Assembly (NCBI GenBank): GCA_035221665.1
Contig: CM069131.1
Location: forward strand, 39,432,001-39,496,000
DNA length: 64,000 bases
Reading direction: 5' to 3'
DNA from: Okamejei kenojei
Taxonomy: Eukaryota
The notes under the pieces are model-generated. The model ran no database searches. It was given only the letters and a program-made list of their open reading frames with translations, and was not told where the DNA came from. This document shows positions 1 through 12,100 of this stretch, one piece after another. Numbering within the stretch: the stretch's first letter is position 1; each line of letters starts with the position of its first letter. The position numbers and the translations under genes were made by a program.

Positions 1-1
1 C

Positions 2-496
2 CGACAGGGAGAACGGGGCAACCGAGCTGGTAGCCCGAAGGAAAACTCGCTGGATTTGACCCTGATCTTGATTATCGCCCTGGGCTCGGTGTCTTTCGTC
101 TTCCTGCTGGCCATGATCGTGCTGGCCATCCGCTGCCAGAAGGACAAAAAGGTGAACATCTACAGCTGCCTGGCCAGCGAGTGTTGCGCCTGCTGCCGCC
201 AGGCGAGGAACAGGAAGAAGAAGCTCAGCAAGTCGGACATCATGCTGGTGCAGACCACTAACACCAACGCGGCTCAGGTGTCGGTGGAGGAAGGGGGCTT
301 TGGACACCATAGTCAGAATTACTGTTACCAAGTTTGCCTGACTCCAGAATCGGCCAAAACAGATCTCATGTTCTTGAAACCGTGTAGCCCGGTCAGGAGT
401 ACAGACCCTGAACACAACCCCTGCGGGGCCATTATTACAGGGTACACCGACCAGCAGCCTGACATCATTTCCAATGGGAGTATATTATCAAACGAG
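2..496 (+). CDS. PCDH10: Protocadherin-10, 3' end of large coding exon 1 (5'-truncated by window): TM helix and proximal cytoplasmic tail
   Basis: The frame from base 2 reads ...SLDLTLILIIALGSVSFVFLLAMIVLAIRCQKDKK...KKKLSKSDIMLVQ...QNYCYQVCLTPESAKTDLMFLKPCSP...DQQPDIISNGSILSNE, matching vertebrate PCDH10 as I recall it. Phase-0 donor GAG|GTAAGG at 496/497. Confidence 0.97.
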
Positions 497-1315
497 GTAA
501 GGCGTCTACCGCATCTACTCTACATCGCCAGATAACCCCAACCACCCCCCACTAATTGTGGTCATCTCACCCTTTCCAATCCTAATTTTCATGCACTCCT
601 AAACTGTATTTCCTCACCCAAGCTCATAAATATAGATCTGCTAACTTAGCTTTTCTCAGCTGAAAGCCGTGTGAGGTTATTTTCGGATGCTGCGCTGTCT
701 TTAGAGCAAGGACGGGCGTCATAATGTGAAATGTTGTAAATGCAGCCAAACGGCACCAATTGCCTTCTGTGATTTGATTAAATAATCCGTGACTTCCGGC
801 ACCAGATTAGGGAGTAAAAAAGGAATGACTTTTTAATGTAACATGTCGACCAGTAAACTAGAGACATTATCTAGTTATTAACTGTCGGAGAACTGAAACT
901 TTTTTTTTACGTTATTGTCCATTCTTAACACCTCTGGATATCAAGTGCTTAAGACTTTCAGGCGTGTTGTACTAGATGAAACGACAGAGGCACAAGAAAT
1001 CATTAAGCATTCACAGGGGCCACAATTCTCAAATACTGTTTTAATGTTCAGTTTATTTAAATTACCATGTGATTTGAACATGATTCAGCATCGTTCCTTC
1101 GCCCCTTGGAGCTGAGAACTATTTTAAACTCTGAAATTGTATGGTCATTATGAGCTCCAATGTTATATGAGAAATTGTAATTACGTTTTTGAATCTCTGA
1201 GACATCTGCAACTAAAACTCTGGTCCGATTCATTCCTAATATTTGCCCACAGAATGGTACATTTATCTGCATGTTCCGTCGCGATTGTTGACTCTATGTT
1301 TTATCCCTCCTTCAG

Positions 1316-1374
1316 ATAAAACACCAGCGGACCGAACTCAATTTTCTTGTGGACAGACCCCGCCGAGTTAACAG
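1316..1374 (+). CDS. PCDH10: PCDH10 exon 2 (59 nt): IKHQRTELNFLVDRPRRVN(S)
   Basis: Acceptor ttatccctccttcag| and donor ACAG|GTAAGA. The peptide matches PCDH10 TKHQRAELSYLVDRPRRVN. Phase 0 in, phase 2 out. Confidence 0.95.
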
Positions 1375-1493
1375 GTAAGAAACTCACGAATCCAAAACGC
1401 TCGCCAGGGTTCATTATTGCCAAGACAGCACAGTTCTATTGATGTTCGGCGTCAGGTGATAATGCTGGCATTCATTTTGGTTTTTTTTTTCAG

Positions 1494-1600
1494 TTCTGCT
1501 TTCCAGGAAGCGGATATCGTGAGTTCAAAGGATAGTGGTCACGGTGACAGCGAACAAGGCGACAGTGACCACGATGCTACCAACCGAGCTCAGAACTCTG
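1494..1600 (+). CDS. PCDH10: PCDH10 exon 3 (107 nt) with conserved motif CM1
   Basis: Acceptor ttttttttttcag|. Encodes SSAFQEADIVSSKDSGHGDSEQGDSDHDATNRAQNS(G). Donor CTG|GTAAGT. Phase 2 in, phase 1 out. Confidence 0.96.
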
Positions 1601-1638
1601 GTAAGTCTGCTAAAATAATGTTCTGCTAAACAAAAATT

Positions 1639-2115
1639 CCAGCAACTATGTTACAGAGAAAGGTTGACCAGCAACTATGTTACAGAAAAAGGTTGAACAA
1701 GTTAGGTCTTTATTCTTTGGAGCGCAGAAGGTTAAGGGGGGACTTGATTGAGGTCTTTAAAATGATGAAAGGGATAGACAGAGTTGACGTGGATAAGCTT
1801 TTCCCATTGAGGGTAGGGAAGATTCAAACAAGAGGGCATGACATGAGAATTAAGGGACAGAGGTTTCGGGGTAACGTGAGGGGAAACTTCTTTACTCAGA
1901 GGGTGGTGGCTGTGTGGAATGAGCTTCCAGCAGAAGTGGTGGAGGCAGGATCGATTTTACCATTTAAGAGTAAAGTGGATAGGTATATGGACGTGAAGGG
2001 AATGGAGGGGTATGGTCTGAGTGCAGGTAGATGGGACTAGGGGAAAACAAATGGTCGGCACGAACAGGAAGGGCCGAGAGGGCCTGTTTCCGTGCTGTAA
2101 TTGTTATATGGTTAT
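1639..2115 (+). mobile_element. CR1-clade LINE 3' fragment (ORF2 C-terminus and 3'UTR), young
   Basis: ORF 1648..2040 contains LGLYSLERRRLRGDLIEVFKMMKG...TRGH...FFTQRVVAVWNELP, typical of the CR1 ORF2 end. It is uninterrupted and followed by a gggccg-agggcctgtttcc-type tail. Confidence 0.9.
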
Positions 2116-4419
2116 AATGTTCCAATTTGTTTTTTCCCTTACCGTGTTTGAGAGAGTGGTGAAAGCGAAATAAATGCATACTTTTTGCACACTGAATAGA
2201 AAATGTATTACCATACGGACGCCTTCGGTTTACTGTTTTGTTTAAGTAGCGAGCTATAGTGTTTAATTCACGCTTCCTTTTGTCTATGTTGGGTGTCTCA
2301 GTAATTCACCAAACTGTTCAAATACGTGAACAAATGGGCTTGTCAGCGCAGAATGCACATGTGGTAGGATTCAATTAAGAATACCGTGCAGTAAACTCGG
2401 GGCTCGAATTTCACCTCGTGGTGTGGTGTTTCATGCACATTATTGTTGAGTCATGGGCTTTGAACGAATTGTGTGATGTACCGTTGAGTTAGATGGTACA
2501 AGGGGCGTGACATTATTTAGCGCTCAACGTGTTACGGTGAATCCTGTTTCATTGTAATGTATCCCGTGTACAAGCTGCCCTTGAACAAAGTTTAATTCCC
2601 CCTCTTCTTTCTGGTCATGGATTGGTTTCATCCGACCCATGCGCTACTGTTCATTATGGAAAACACGTTTGATACCAGCAGTCGCTCAATGGCTCCTTTA
2701 TTTATCCTGTTGCTGATGAATATGCCTCTTTAAACGAGACCTAGCACGGGCATGTCCATCATTGTTGGATGTGTTGGAATTTGGAAAGAAATGATAGAAG
2801 TGTCAGGGAATTTATAAGCGAACAAAGCAGAAGGCTTTGTCAGATGTTCGAACATCTGTTATTGCCGAAGGGATTAAATACCCCTTGTTCCACTTCATAC
2901 AGTCCTCAACCTCCTGATTGAAGGATTGACAAACTTTGTGGTCTGAATAGTTGTGATCGTGTTGTTGGTGAAAGTGTTTTTCTTTTGTACATCCTAGTTC
3001 TCTTTCAAAATGGAGGGTTATTAAATACACCGACACCACAGAAGATGGCAGTAATGCAAAGCTTTACAGCATTCATGCTCTTTGTAGTAAGGAAATTACA
3101 ATTCTAAGGTTAACATAACTCTCAACTATACAGAGTATCATCTAGAATTAGGAATAAAAACGGTTGCAGAAAAAAATGAGGTACAAATAATGTGACCCGG
3201 TGAGTGAGTCAGATGCCAATGTCCATCGGCGACCAAAATTTAAACCCAGCAGTAATAAAACTGACCAAACTTTGAAATACTTAAATGACCTTCATTAGAT
3301 TGGCAAGTGTTTCTGGAAATCAGATTAACGTTAACTGTAACCGGATTAAGGGAGTAGAAAACCGTTTTATTTAGCAGGAGACAGTTTGGATCATATACGT
3401 TTATTTCGCAATAATTTCAAATCTGCGTTTTTCAATGTCTTAACTGTGTAAATGTCGAAACGTTGAATAAATGGAACAGATTTACAACATCGCCCCTTCG
3501 GATGGATAGATGACCTAAATGGTGCTGGGATGTTGGACTCGTGTCTAGAGCTAGCTTGCTTGAAAACATCTGCTTTACACGTCCCAATCTATGTCCCAGT
3601 GTCTTCCAATGATGAAGTGCTTAGGGACACAAAATTCCATCTAATGCAATGCAAATATTTTGGGAAAGTGTATATATTCTTGGTGTTATTGCAACTATCT
3701 GATGCGATTTAGGGTATTTATGTCTTAAGTTTCTTTCATAGTCCTCATTACTCCATTATATTGATCCTTAGTACTGTTATAAGAATTTACTGAAACACAT
3801 TCTATCAAGTGACCTTGGATATTTAAATGTTGGTGCCAAACCATCCACTGAAATGCAACGTTGTGCATTTGCATTTGAGAAAGACTTATGCAAGCCACCA
3901 TGAGGCAAAATGGGAAGATTAGACTAGTTAATCAATAGATTTGTTAAATATATGAGCTTTACTTTGATACAAAGTGAAAAAAAAAACTGGACAGGTCCAT
4001 TTCAGAATTAGTTTGTATTTATTTTTTTAGATTTCCAGCGTCTGTACATTTTTTACAGTTTTATTGAGTGTCGGTAAAGTATTTGAGGTGAGAAATCTAG
4101 TGTGTTGGATCTTCGAAGAACCCATCACCAAAGGTAGGGATGGGTGGATGCAGGAGCCAAGAGACCAATGGGTATTGGCTACGACAGTGCGTGCAACAGA
4201 AGTGGGTCAACTACAGCACACCAAGTTATAGAACATACCCAACGTAGTTAATACGAATTTAAAAATACAACTTACGCAGTGGAATAAAAATAGATTTATT
4301 TGCCGTTCACAGAAGCCAAATTCCCAATTACCGTTTGAACTAATTATCATGCATTTGATTACTTACTCATAGTAACTTTTTAATTTTTGTTGCCAAACAA
4401 AGGGAATGTATCATTGCTG

Positions 4420-4725
4420 ATAGAAGTGATTATGGAAGGCGTAGACAGTGAGAACATCTTCTCGGGGTGGAAATATCAATTACACCAAGGTGAGAGTGAC
4501 AACGTTCAAAGAAGATGTGCGTTTGTTCAGAGGGTGGCGATGGAGATAGCGAAGGCAAATAAGGCAGTGGCGTTTAATGTACTTTTAGATGGGTACATGG
4601 ATATGCAGGGAACGGGGGTGGGTGTGAGTCATGTGCCGACAGAGGAGATTAATTTAACCTGCATCATATTCAGCACTGACCTCGTGGGCCGAAGGACTTA
4701 TTCCCATGCTATATTTTTCTGTTCT
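4420..4725 (+). mobile_element. Degraded CR1 LINE 3' fragment
   Basis: Diverged similarity to the 1800-2100 CR1 tail (tttgttcagagggtgg; gtacatggatatgcagggaa; gtgggccgaagg). Confidence 0.65.
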
Positions 4726-7424
4726 AGAAGTGCTGAGGATCATTGCCACCCGAGGCAGTGGTAAGGAAGCTGGGTGACAAATTGAAAATGCCCACCCTCC
4801 GTTCACAATATCCCGTAAATGATACGCAGCAACGTTACAAGCCCTCGTCACGTCATTATTTAATTCATTTTTTGTTAATGTCGTGGACTCGTGGCCCTTA
4901 AAAGCTCGGAATCTCCTGGTTTAGCACACTGCAGTCGCGATTAATGCCTTTAAAGCGATAACCCATAGATCTAGAACACGGTGCGATTAAATAGGGATAC
5001 AAATAGGTAGGGATAAATGGGGAAACTCCAAGCAAAGAATCAGTTCATTCTCAAGACCGGACATGTGTGCTTGATCTAGGTGGAGATGGCAGCTGGAGAT
5101 ACAATAAATAAGTTGTACTCCTCATCTATAATAGCTGTTATGTTCTCACAAACAAGTAACGCAAGTCCTCGAGATTAGTCTTCTGTATTGAAGTTCACCA
5201 AAATGGCAGAGTAAACAAGAAACATTATTTCAACTCATTGGAGAATTTGGTATCAGAAAAAGTTTGGAAGCATCGCACGGCTCGTAATTATGTTTCTATT
5301 GTATACTGCCTAAATGCAAGGAAGGGAGGGGGGACGACGACGACGACTAAAGTATGTGGTATTTGGGTAAAATGGATGAGAAAGCTTACTGAATTCCAGA
5401 TCCCCGAAAGAAGGGTGCGTTAAATCTTTACGCACGTCGTTGCTTTGATGTCTGTCAACATTCAAAGGTTTCATAAGCTATCAATGCTGGCTTATTGACC
5501 TGTGAAGGGCAAATCCTAATATATCGAGATCATTAAATGTATTATCAATTTAAATATATAAAGATATCAGGATATATATCGCATGTCAACTTTGAAATAA
5601 AGATGAAATAAACGAGCCCTAAATGTAATTGGGTCCGAAAGCAAGAACCGATATCAAATGGGGCATAACATTATGGTTAACCAACCCGGAAGTGACAAGA
5701 CTTGATCTACTGGTTAATTTATGTGAATGTTCTGAGCTGGTTAAACAAAAATCTGGAAGGCAAAACACGAAAAAATACAAAGCCCACTGGACAACAGTGA
5801 ACAAAAAAAAGGTTTGAGGAACCAGGCAACAGAACAGAATGCACTCCTTTCAAAGCTATTTAGAGGCACACTCACATATACTACAGACAGTGTTGAGCAG
5901 ACTAGAGAGTGCACCCAACCCCCAACGCCACCCCCACCGACTGCAATTGCCTTTCAGAGCAGAAAATTGTGTTTATTTATTTTAGAAGTCAGTAGGCATT
6001 TGTCAACTTTACAAATTGCAGCTAAAAGAGGCCAGGATTGCGAAAAGACTGCGTGGCAGCGATTGACTAGCAGTCGTCTTTTGCTGGGTAAACATAAGTC
6101 AACTTGGAACAGTTTTAGTAAATGTCACCGTGCCTGAGCGTTGCATTTTAAATACCAGCCCGACGTCGACTTGCTTTACATTGTTTGACTAGCTCTGAAA
6201 TAAAATTCAAAATCAAATGACTGGAGATTCCACAATCCCCGCCAAAACCGTGCACGTCGGCAGTCATTTCATTTCCCATTAAAGGATTCGCGCCTGGCGA
6301 TCCGGTTTCCAGTTCACGTCCGCAGTCTGCAACAGTCCACTGATCAGTAATTTGCTTTCAGACCTCTGCATAGCAATTACTGATGTGGGGCTGTGATCGA
6401 AGCGTTGCATTTGCATCGCACGAGCTTCTTTAATTTAACATATATAAAAAGTCATTTTCAAGCAAGATTAATCTACGATAAGAGCCCCAACGTTTCCTTT
6501 CCTCGGCGCGTTACGATCTCACACTAGTTAGTTAACTGGCGCAACGCCGGCAAAGATGAAAATAATTGGGCCTCGTGATGTTCCCGGCTGGTTTAACACT
6601 GCGGGTGCTTTGCAAATAGTGTGTGAATTCTCCTATATTCTTCTGTACTCGGTTTCTTCCTTCAGAACTTCTGTGTCCTAGTATTGCCACTGATATGGTT
6701 CCTACTGCACTAAACAACTGCATCAGTGCAAAGGCATTTGGCCACGCAGGCATTTGAAGGCTTTGTATGTCAATTTGGTATAAATTAGATGCTTTCTGAC
6801 CTTTGCTGTCTTGTTGTTTTCTGCTACACCATGGAATTGATTGGCATCTTGTAAAGATCCCCATTGCAAGTTAAAATGTGCCATGTGTACCAGTGTGGGT
6901 TTAATCCACATATGCATGTACATGTGTGACATACTAAAGTGAAAAGGCTGAATGCTCTTTCAGCTTTTACTTTATCCAAATAGATTAGGCTCTGCAAATA
7001 TTGACAAGCCATTGTCTCTGGGTTGGCCACCAAAACCAGTCGCACAAAGACGGCCTTCAAGAGCAAGTCAGAACCTGGATGATTTGGTTACTCGCCCTTT
7101 TGGCACCCAAAACACAGGGATAGAAGGAGCTTGACAGAATGCCCTTCGTTTACTCCAAGAAAGCATGCACCTCGGAGAAAAAAGTAGCTTTGTAACATTC
7201 AAGCACATGATTGCGACTACATCTATTGCAATACGCATTAATTCCCTCTGCCACTATTCATCAAGACTATCATGTGTACTATGTACAAAATTGAACCAGT
7301 GTAGGTTGCTTTGAAAACAACTCCAAAACTAGGACTCCTACCACCAATAAAGGAAGCAGCTGCACAGGAAAATCACCAACTCTAGGTTCACCTCTAAGTC
7401 ACACTCTTTCCTGACTTGGTAAGA

Positions 7425-7955
7425 CATGTGTAAAAATGAACTGCAGATGCTGGTTTAAACAGAAGATAGGCACAAAAAGCTGTAGTAACTCAGCTGGACT
7501 GGCAGCATCTCTTGAGAGAAAGATTGGGTAACTTTTCGGGTTGAGACCCTTCTTCAGACTGGTTAGGGATAAGGGAAACAAGAGATATTGAAGATGATGT
7601 GGAGAGATGAAGAACAATGAATTTAAATATATGCAAATAAGTAATGATGATAAAGGAAACAGGCCATTGAAAAGGAGATGCTAGTGCGACTTGGGTGGGG
7701 AGGGATATATAGAGAGAGGGAATGCTAGGGCATCCTGAAGTGAGATAAATCAATATTCCGATCCACTGGGCTACTATATAAGCTGTGAACCAACTTGATC
7801 TCCCAGTTGCTTGGCATTTTAATTCTCCTTCCCATTCCTGCACAGACCATTCTGTCCTTGGTCTCCTCCATTGTCAGAGTGAGATTAAATGCAAATTGGA
7901 GGTACAGCATCTTATATTTCGCTTGGGCAGCTTATAGCCCAGTGGTATGAATATT
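7425..7955 (-). mobile_element. Penelope-like element remnant: terminal repeat on - strand joined to an inverted endonuclease-end fragment
   Basis: The - strand reads agtctgaagaagggtctcaacccgaaaagttacc...gatgctgcc...gagttact...aaaccagcatctgcagttc. Bases 7795-7955 on + match the end of the 36880-37060 GIY-YIG region (cagcatcttatatttcgcttgggcagctta). Confidence 0.8.
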
Positions 7956-8239
7956 CGTAATATATGTTATTGCTACTTTGTTGTTGGGTCTATGTCCTGG
8001 AACTCCCAGCATAATGATTGCAGCAGTTTAGAGGGAGATTTCCACAAGGTCAATGGAGGGAAGGGGGAGGGCAATAAATGCTCCTTATCATTGACACATA
8101 CATCATGAAAAATGAATGAATCAAAATATCACTGCCAATCGCTCCCTTTATGGAAGACCTCTTGGATTACAACTCGCTGTAAGAAACCATATGTATATTC
8201 ATAGACGACCAAATAGAGCATGCAGTAGCAAGTGCACAT

Positions 8240-8660
8240 CGGTCCCACTATCCCCCCCCTCCCCCTCCCCCTTCCTTCCTCCTGCTTTCCTCCCTCCCCC
8301 TCCCATTTCCCCTCTCCCCCTTTTGCCCTTCCCCATCCACCTATATCCCCCTCTCTGCTTTTAGATTGCACTCTTCTCTCTTTATCTGATACCCTTTTGT
8401 TACCTCTACCTTTTGTCACGAACTGTCCATTTGTCAATCAAACCCTCCTCATCTGTATCTACCTCTCACTTGCCAGGCTTTGTCCTGCCCCCACCTCTCT
8501 CTTCCAGCTTTGTTCATATTATCACAATCAGTCTGACAAAGGGTCCCAATCTGAAACATTGCCCACCTATTCCCTACACAGACCGCTCCCTGACCCATGT
8601 GGTTACTCCAGCATTATGTATTTTGCTGATGATTCTAGCGTCTGCATTTCCTTGTGTCTC
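8240..8660 (+). mobile_element. Diverged Penelope terminal-repeat copy with C/T-rich upstream tract
   Basis: cagtctgacaaagggtcccaatctgaaaca...gttactccagcatt...ctgcatttcc resembles the other copies. Confidence 0.6.
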
Positions 8661-9062
8661 AATGGCATCTGTCTCTGTATCAAACAGAAATGCAGAGAAT
8701 TTATACTTGAATATGTTTTGCTGAAAATAATTGTAATTAATGATGATAACAGCTTGTGATTTTTAGTCGGTCAGTCAGATTTAAGTTTCTCATTAAAAAT
8801 GCCATACAGTGTGTAGTGATGTTTATAAATACACAGTGGTACAATAGACAGAGTACCTTAAAAGAAAACAACATCACCCAGTGATGTCAGATATGTGCAT
8901 AAACACAAAGGGATGGTGAATACTCCAATCAATTATGATTTATTTTTCCTTAAATTCTCCAGTCTCTATCTGTGGCTTAAACATAGCATGTTGGGCGATT
9001 CTTAGAGTTTATTTAAGTCTTTTTAAAATATACAAATTACTTTATTCTGTGGAGATCACCTA

Positions 9063-9192
9063 GAAGAAGGGTCTCGATGCAAAACGTCACCCATTTCTAC
9101 TCTCCGGAGATGCTGCCTGATCCGCTGAGCTACTCCAGCTTTTGGTGTCTATCTTCGGTTTAAACCAGCATCTGCAGTTCCTTCTTACACAC
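9063..9192 (+). mobile_element. Penelope terminal-repeat short copy
   Basis: gaagaagggtctcga...aaacgtcacccatt...ggagatgctgcctgatccgctgagctactccagc...aaaccagcatctgcagttccttcttacac, the same family as 37150-37252. Confidence 0.8.
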
Positions 9193-12100
9193 CTACAGAG
9201 GGCAGTTCCCTGTCCTAGAAGACAATGGTAATGAGTTACATTCAAACATTGATTTTAATATGGCAGCAGTTAAACATAGATTGCAGTATGAAGACATAAT
9301 GATAATTTGAAAGAAATGGATCTGATGAAAATATTCAACAGTAAATCCATTTAAGGACATTACTGCATAAAATCATAGTTTGTGCCTTTTTTGACACACC
9401 ATACATTCTGGGCTTCCGGATTGAATTCTGCAAAATAATTATCACTAATGAACATGCAATATAAAGTAATACAGTTTGAAAGAGTTAGCTAACAATATTT
9501 ATTTTTAAGAATTTTAAGAATTTATTTCTAAACTGTTCTTAAATGATATTTTATAATTGGAAAAGTATACTTAATTTTACTTTAAAGATTTTATACATTA
9601 ATTTAAAAACCTCAACGCTTTGTTACTGGGCTGCAGATTTATATGCTTTTTTCATTAAAGCAAATGTCCCTTATTACATCCTTAAATACAACAGGGCTTC
9701 ACTGATATTAATAGCCAGGGGGAGCTTAGCAACAATGAAAACAAATAGCAGAGCTGCTTTTGCTTTTTTTATCCCACAAGGGTGCTTTGATTCTCACTTT
9801 CATCTTCTTTATTATTATTTTCCTTTTTCTCTTGATTTATTTCTCTTTCTTCTGCAGAGGAGATACTATGTTATCTACAGTAGATGCTGTGAACAACTAC
9901 ACTTTGAATATAAACATGCCGTCCATGTTGAAGTGTGGAATAATGTCCACTTGCTGGTACAAATTGTGGGACAATCACATCCAGTATTGCTAAAGCGATA
10001 AAAATCACACCAGTCCATTCCATGTAGCCAAATAAATGTTCTAATCGGGCAGTCCATTTTGTTGAGCTAATGATGCTATTCTGGATTTTCTTTGATTGCT
10101 GTGCTGACTGAAACCAAACAGCTTCTTTGTCAATGGTATAAATGTACTTTTCTTGAATGAGAAAGGAAGGAGTAATAAATAAATAGTGATAATTTTTGTT
10201 GAATTTTGAGCATAATATTGTCAGTCTGTAAATGTAAAATCATGTTAACCGAGTAGATAGTAGAATTGTGTACAGCATTATACACCAATCAATACATTAG
10301 AGACATAATGTCACAGATATAAAATAATCACTATATTTCTATTGGGAATGCATGTTCTTAAAAGTTCATGTTGATTTGGGTCTTGAATGTTTCTGGTTCA
10401 GATGGTATTGTGGAATGATGCAGACCCAGTGTTCATTGTTATTTTGAGCTGCATCAATTGGATAAATCATAAGTGTCTATACTAACCACTATCCAAAGTT
10501 AAATAGCAGGGTAAAAAGGTATATTTCTAAAAATGACAATCAAATTCCATTCATTTTTGTATTTGGTTTGTATTTCGCCCTCCATAATTATTTTCGCACA
10601 GAAATTTCAGGTATACCTATTTTTTAATCAGTGACTTTTATTCTTGGTGTTTAAAAAAAAAAAATTGATTGGTGTGGGTTAGTTTCACATGCAGATCTCT
10701 CAAAAAAAATCTGCTCCAGGTAATGAATTTTATGTGCAATATTTAACTCCACAATTATATTCTATGAAATTTGGTAATTTACAAGCTATGTGGTATCACT
10801 TTTACTACTTGCCTTTCAGATTATACTTTAGCTATTTTCCTAGACAACTTCCCTTTGTATAATACAGATATTTGACCTCTATGCCTCAATATGATGAGCA
10901 ACTTATTAGTCACAGAGAAAGTGTAAAATTTATAATTGAAAGGATGCATTCCAGTAACAAAAGTCTTCTATCTCATGAATTGCCTGCTGTCATCTATTCT
11001 CCTTGCACCCGTATGCCATATGGTAGCATGGCTCAGTTTTCATGGCTTCATTTCTCCATCAAGCCTTTTTCCTGGTGCCACTGTCCTTGTTTTCGATGAC
11101 ACGTCTGTGATATCTGAAACAAGGTTGTAAGCGGAGTAAGTGCTTCACCTGCTTCTGTAGGCATGGAGTTTATTTTTTATTGTGCTTGATAAATCTCTTC
11201 AGCAGATGTCCCCAAGGAGAGAAGAGGCAGGTTGTAAATAGAGAGCTTGGCTTAATTACATGGCTCTCGGCGCTTCAGTTGCATGAGCACTGGTGGTTTG
11301 GTGACAGAACCACTTTAGTTGGTGTGAAATTATATTACATACATCTGTTCATTTCCTATACTTGTATTAAACTTGTAATTTGACAGGAAAAATTGATCAA
11401 TGTTATGATCACCCAAGGTGTGATCACTTTTGTTTGACGACAAACCTTACTGTAGGTATTGAATTTTAATTGTAATTTTCATTTCTCATTGTCAGGAGAT
11501 ACCTGATACAGTGTCAAATCGTGTTTTGTTATTATTTTAAAATATTTCTGAATGGCAGTTGCCTGATCATGTAGTTAATCAGTAGAGCTTTTTGACAAGA
11601 TTTTTCATATTTAAAAATATATAGTTTTTGTTATAACATACATTTTTACTCATTTGGCAAATTAGTTAAATTTAATGTGGAAGTGAGGGATTTTAGTCTT
11701 TGGGTGGGTAAATGGAGGGCAGTGAAAGAGGGAGAGGTGTCATTGTGGTTTAATGGTTAGTGGTTAAACTTTAATGGTTAAAGTCATTAAATGGTTTAAT
11801 TGCTTCATAGTAGTTCTTATGTAGATGTGACTTGATAATTTTATCAAGTTCTGTTTCTTGTAGCTCCAAACTGCTGGAGATCTATCTGCCATGACAATGG
11901 AAATATACAGTGGGATACACAAAATGGCGGAATACCTGTATGGATGTATATTTTATATCACTATATTCATTTGCTGTCACTTTGTAAATAGATTGTCTAT
12001 TATTAAAAATGAACTAAGCATGATTCTAGCACTTGAAAAGTGCACAAACAACATCTTTATTAGGTCTTTGTACTGCTCTTGGAGTAGATTTCACACAGTG

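Noticed and set aside
8116-8759. Pro-rich and Gly-rich ORFs
   Set aside because: Low-complexity C/T tract plus a Penelope repeat.
9543-10001. 152-aa hydrophobic ORF
   Set aside because: AT-rich intronic composition with no homology I recognise; only the splice acceptor within it is of interest.
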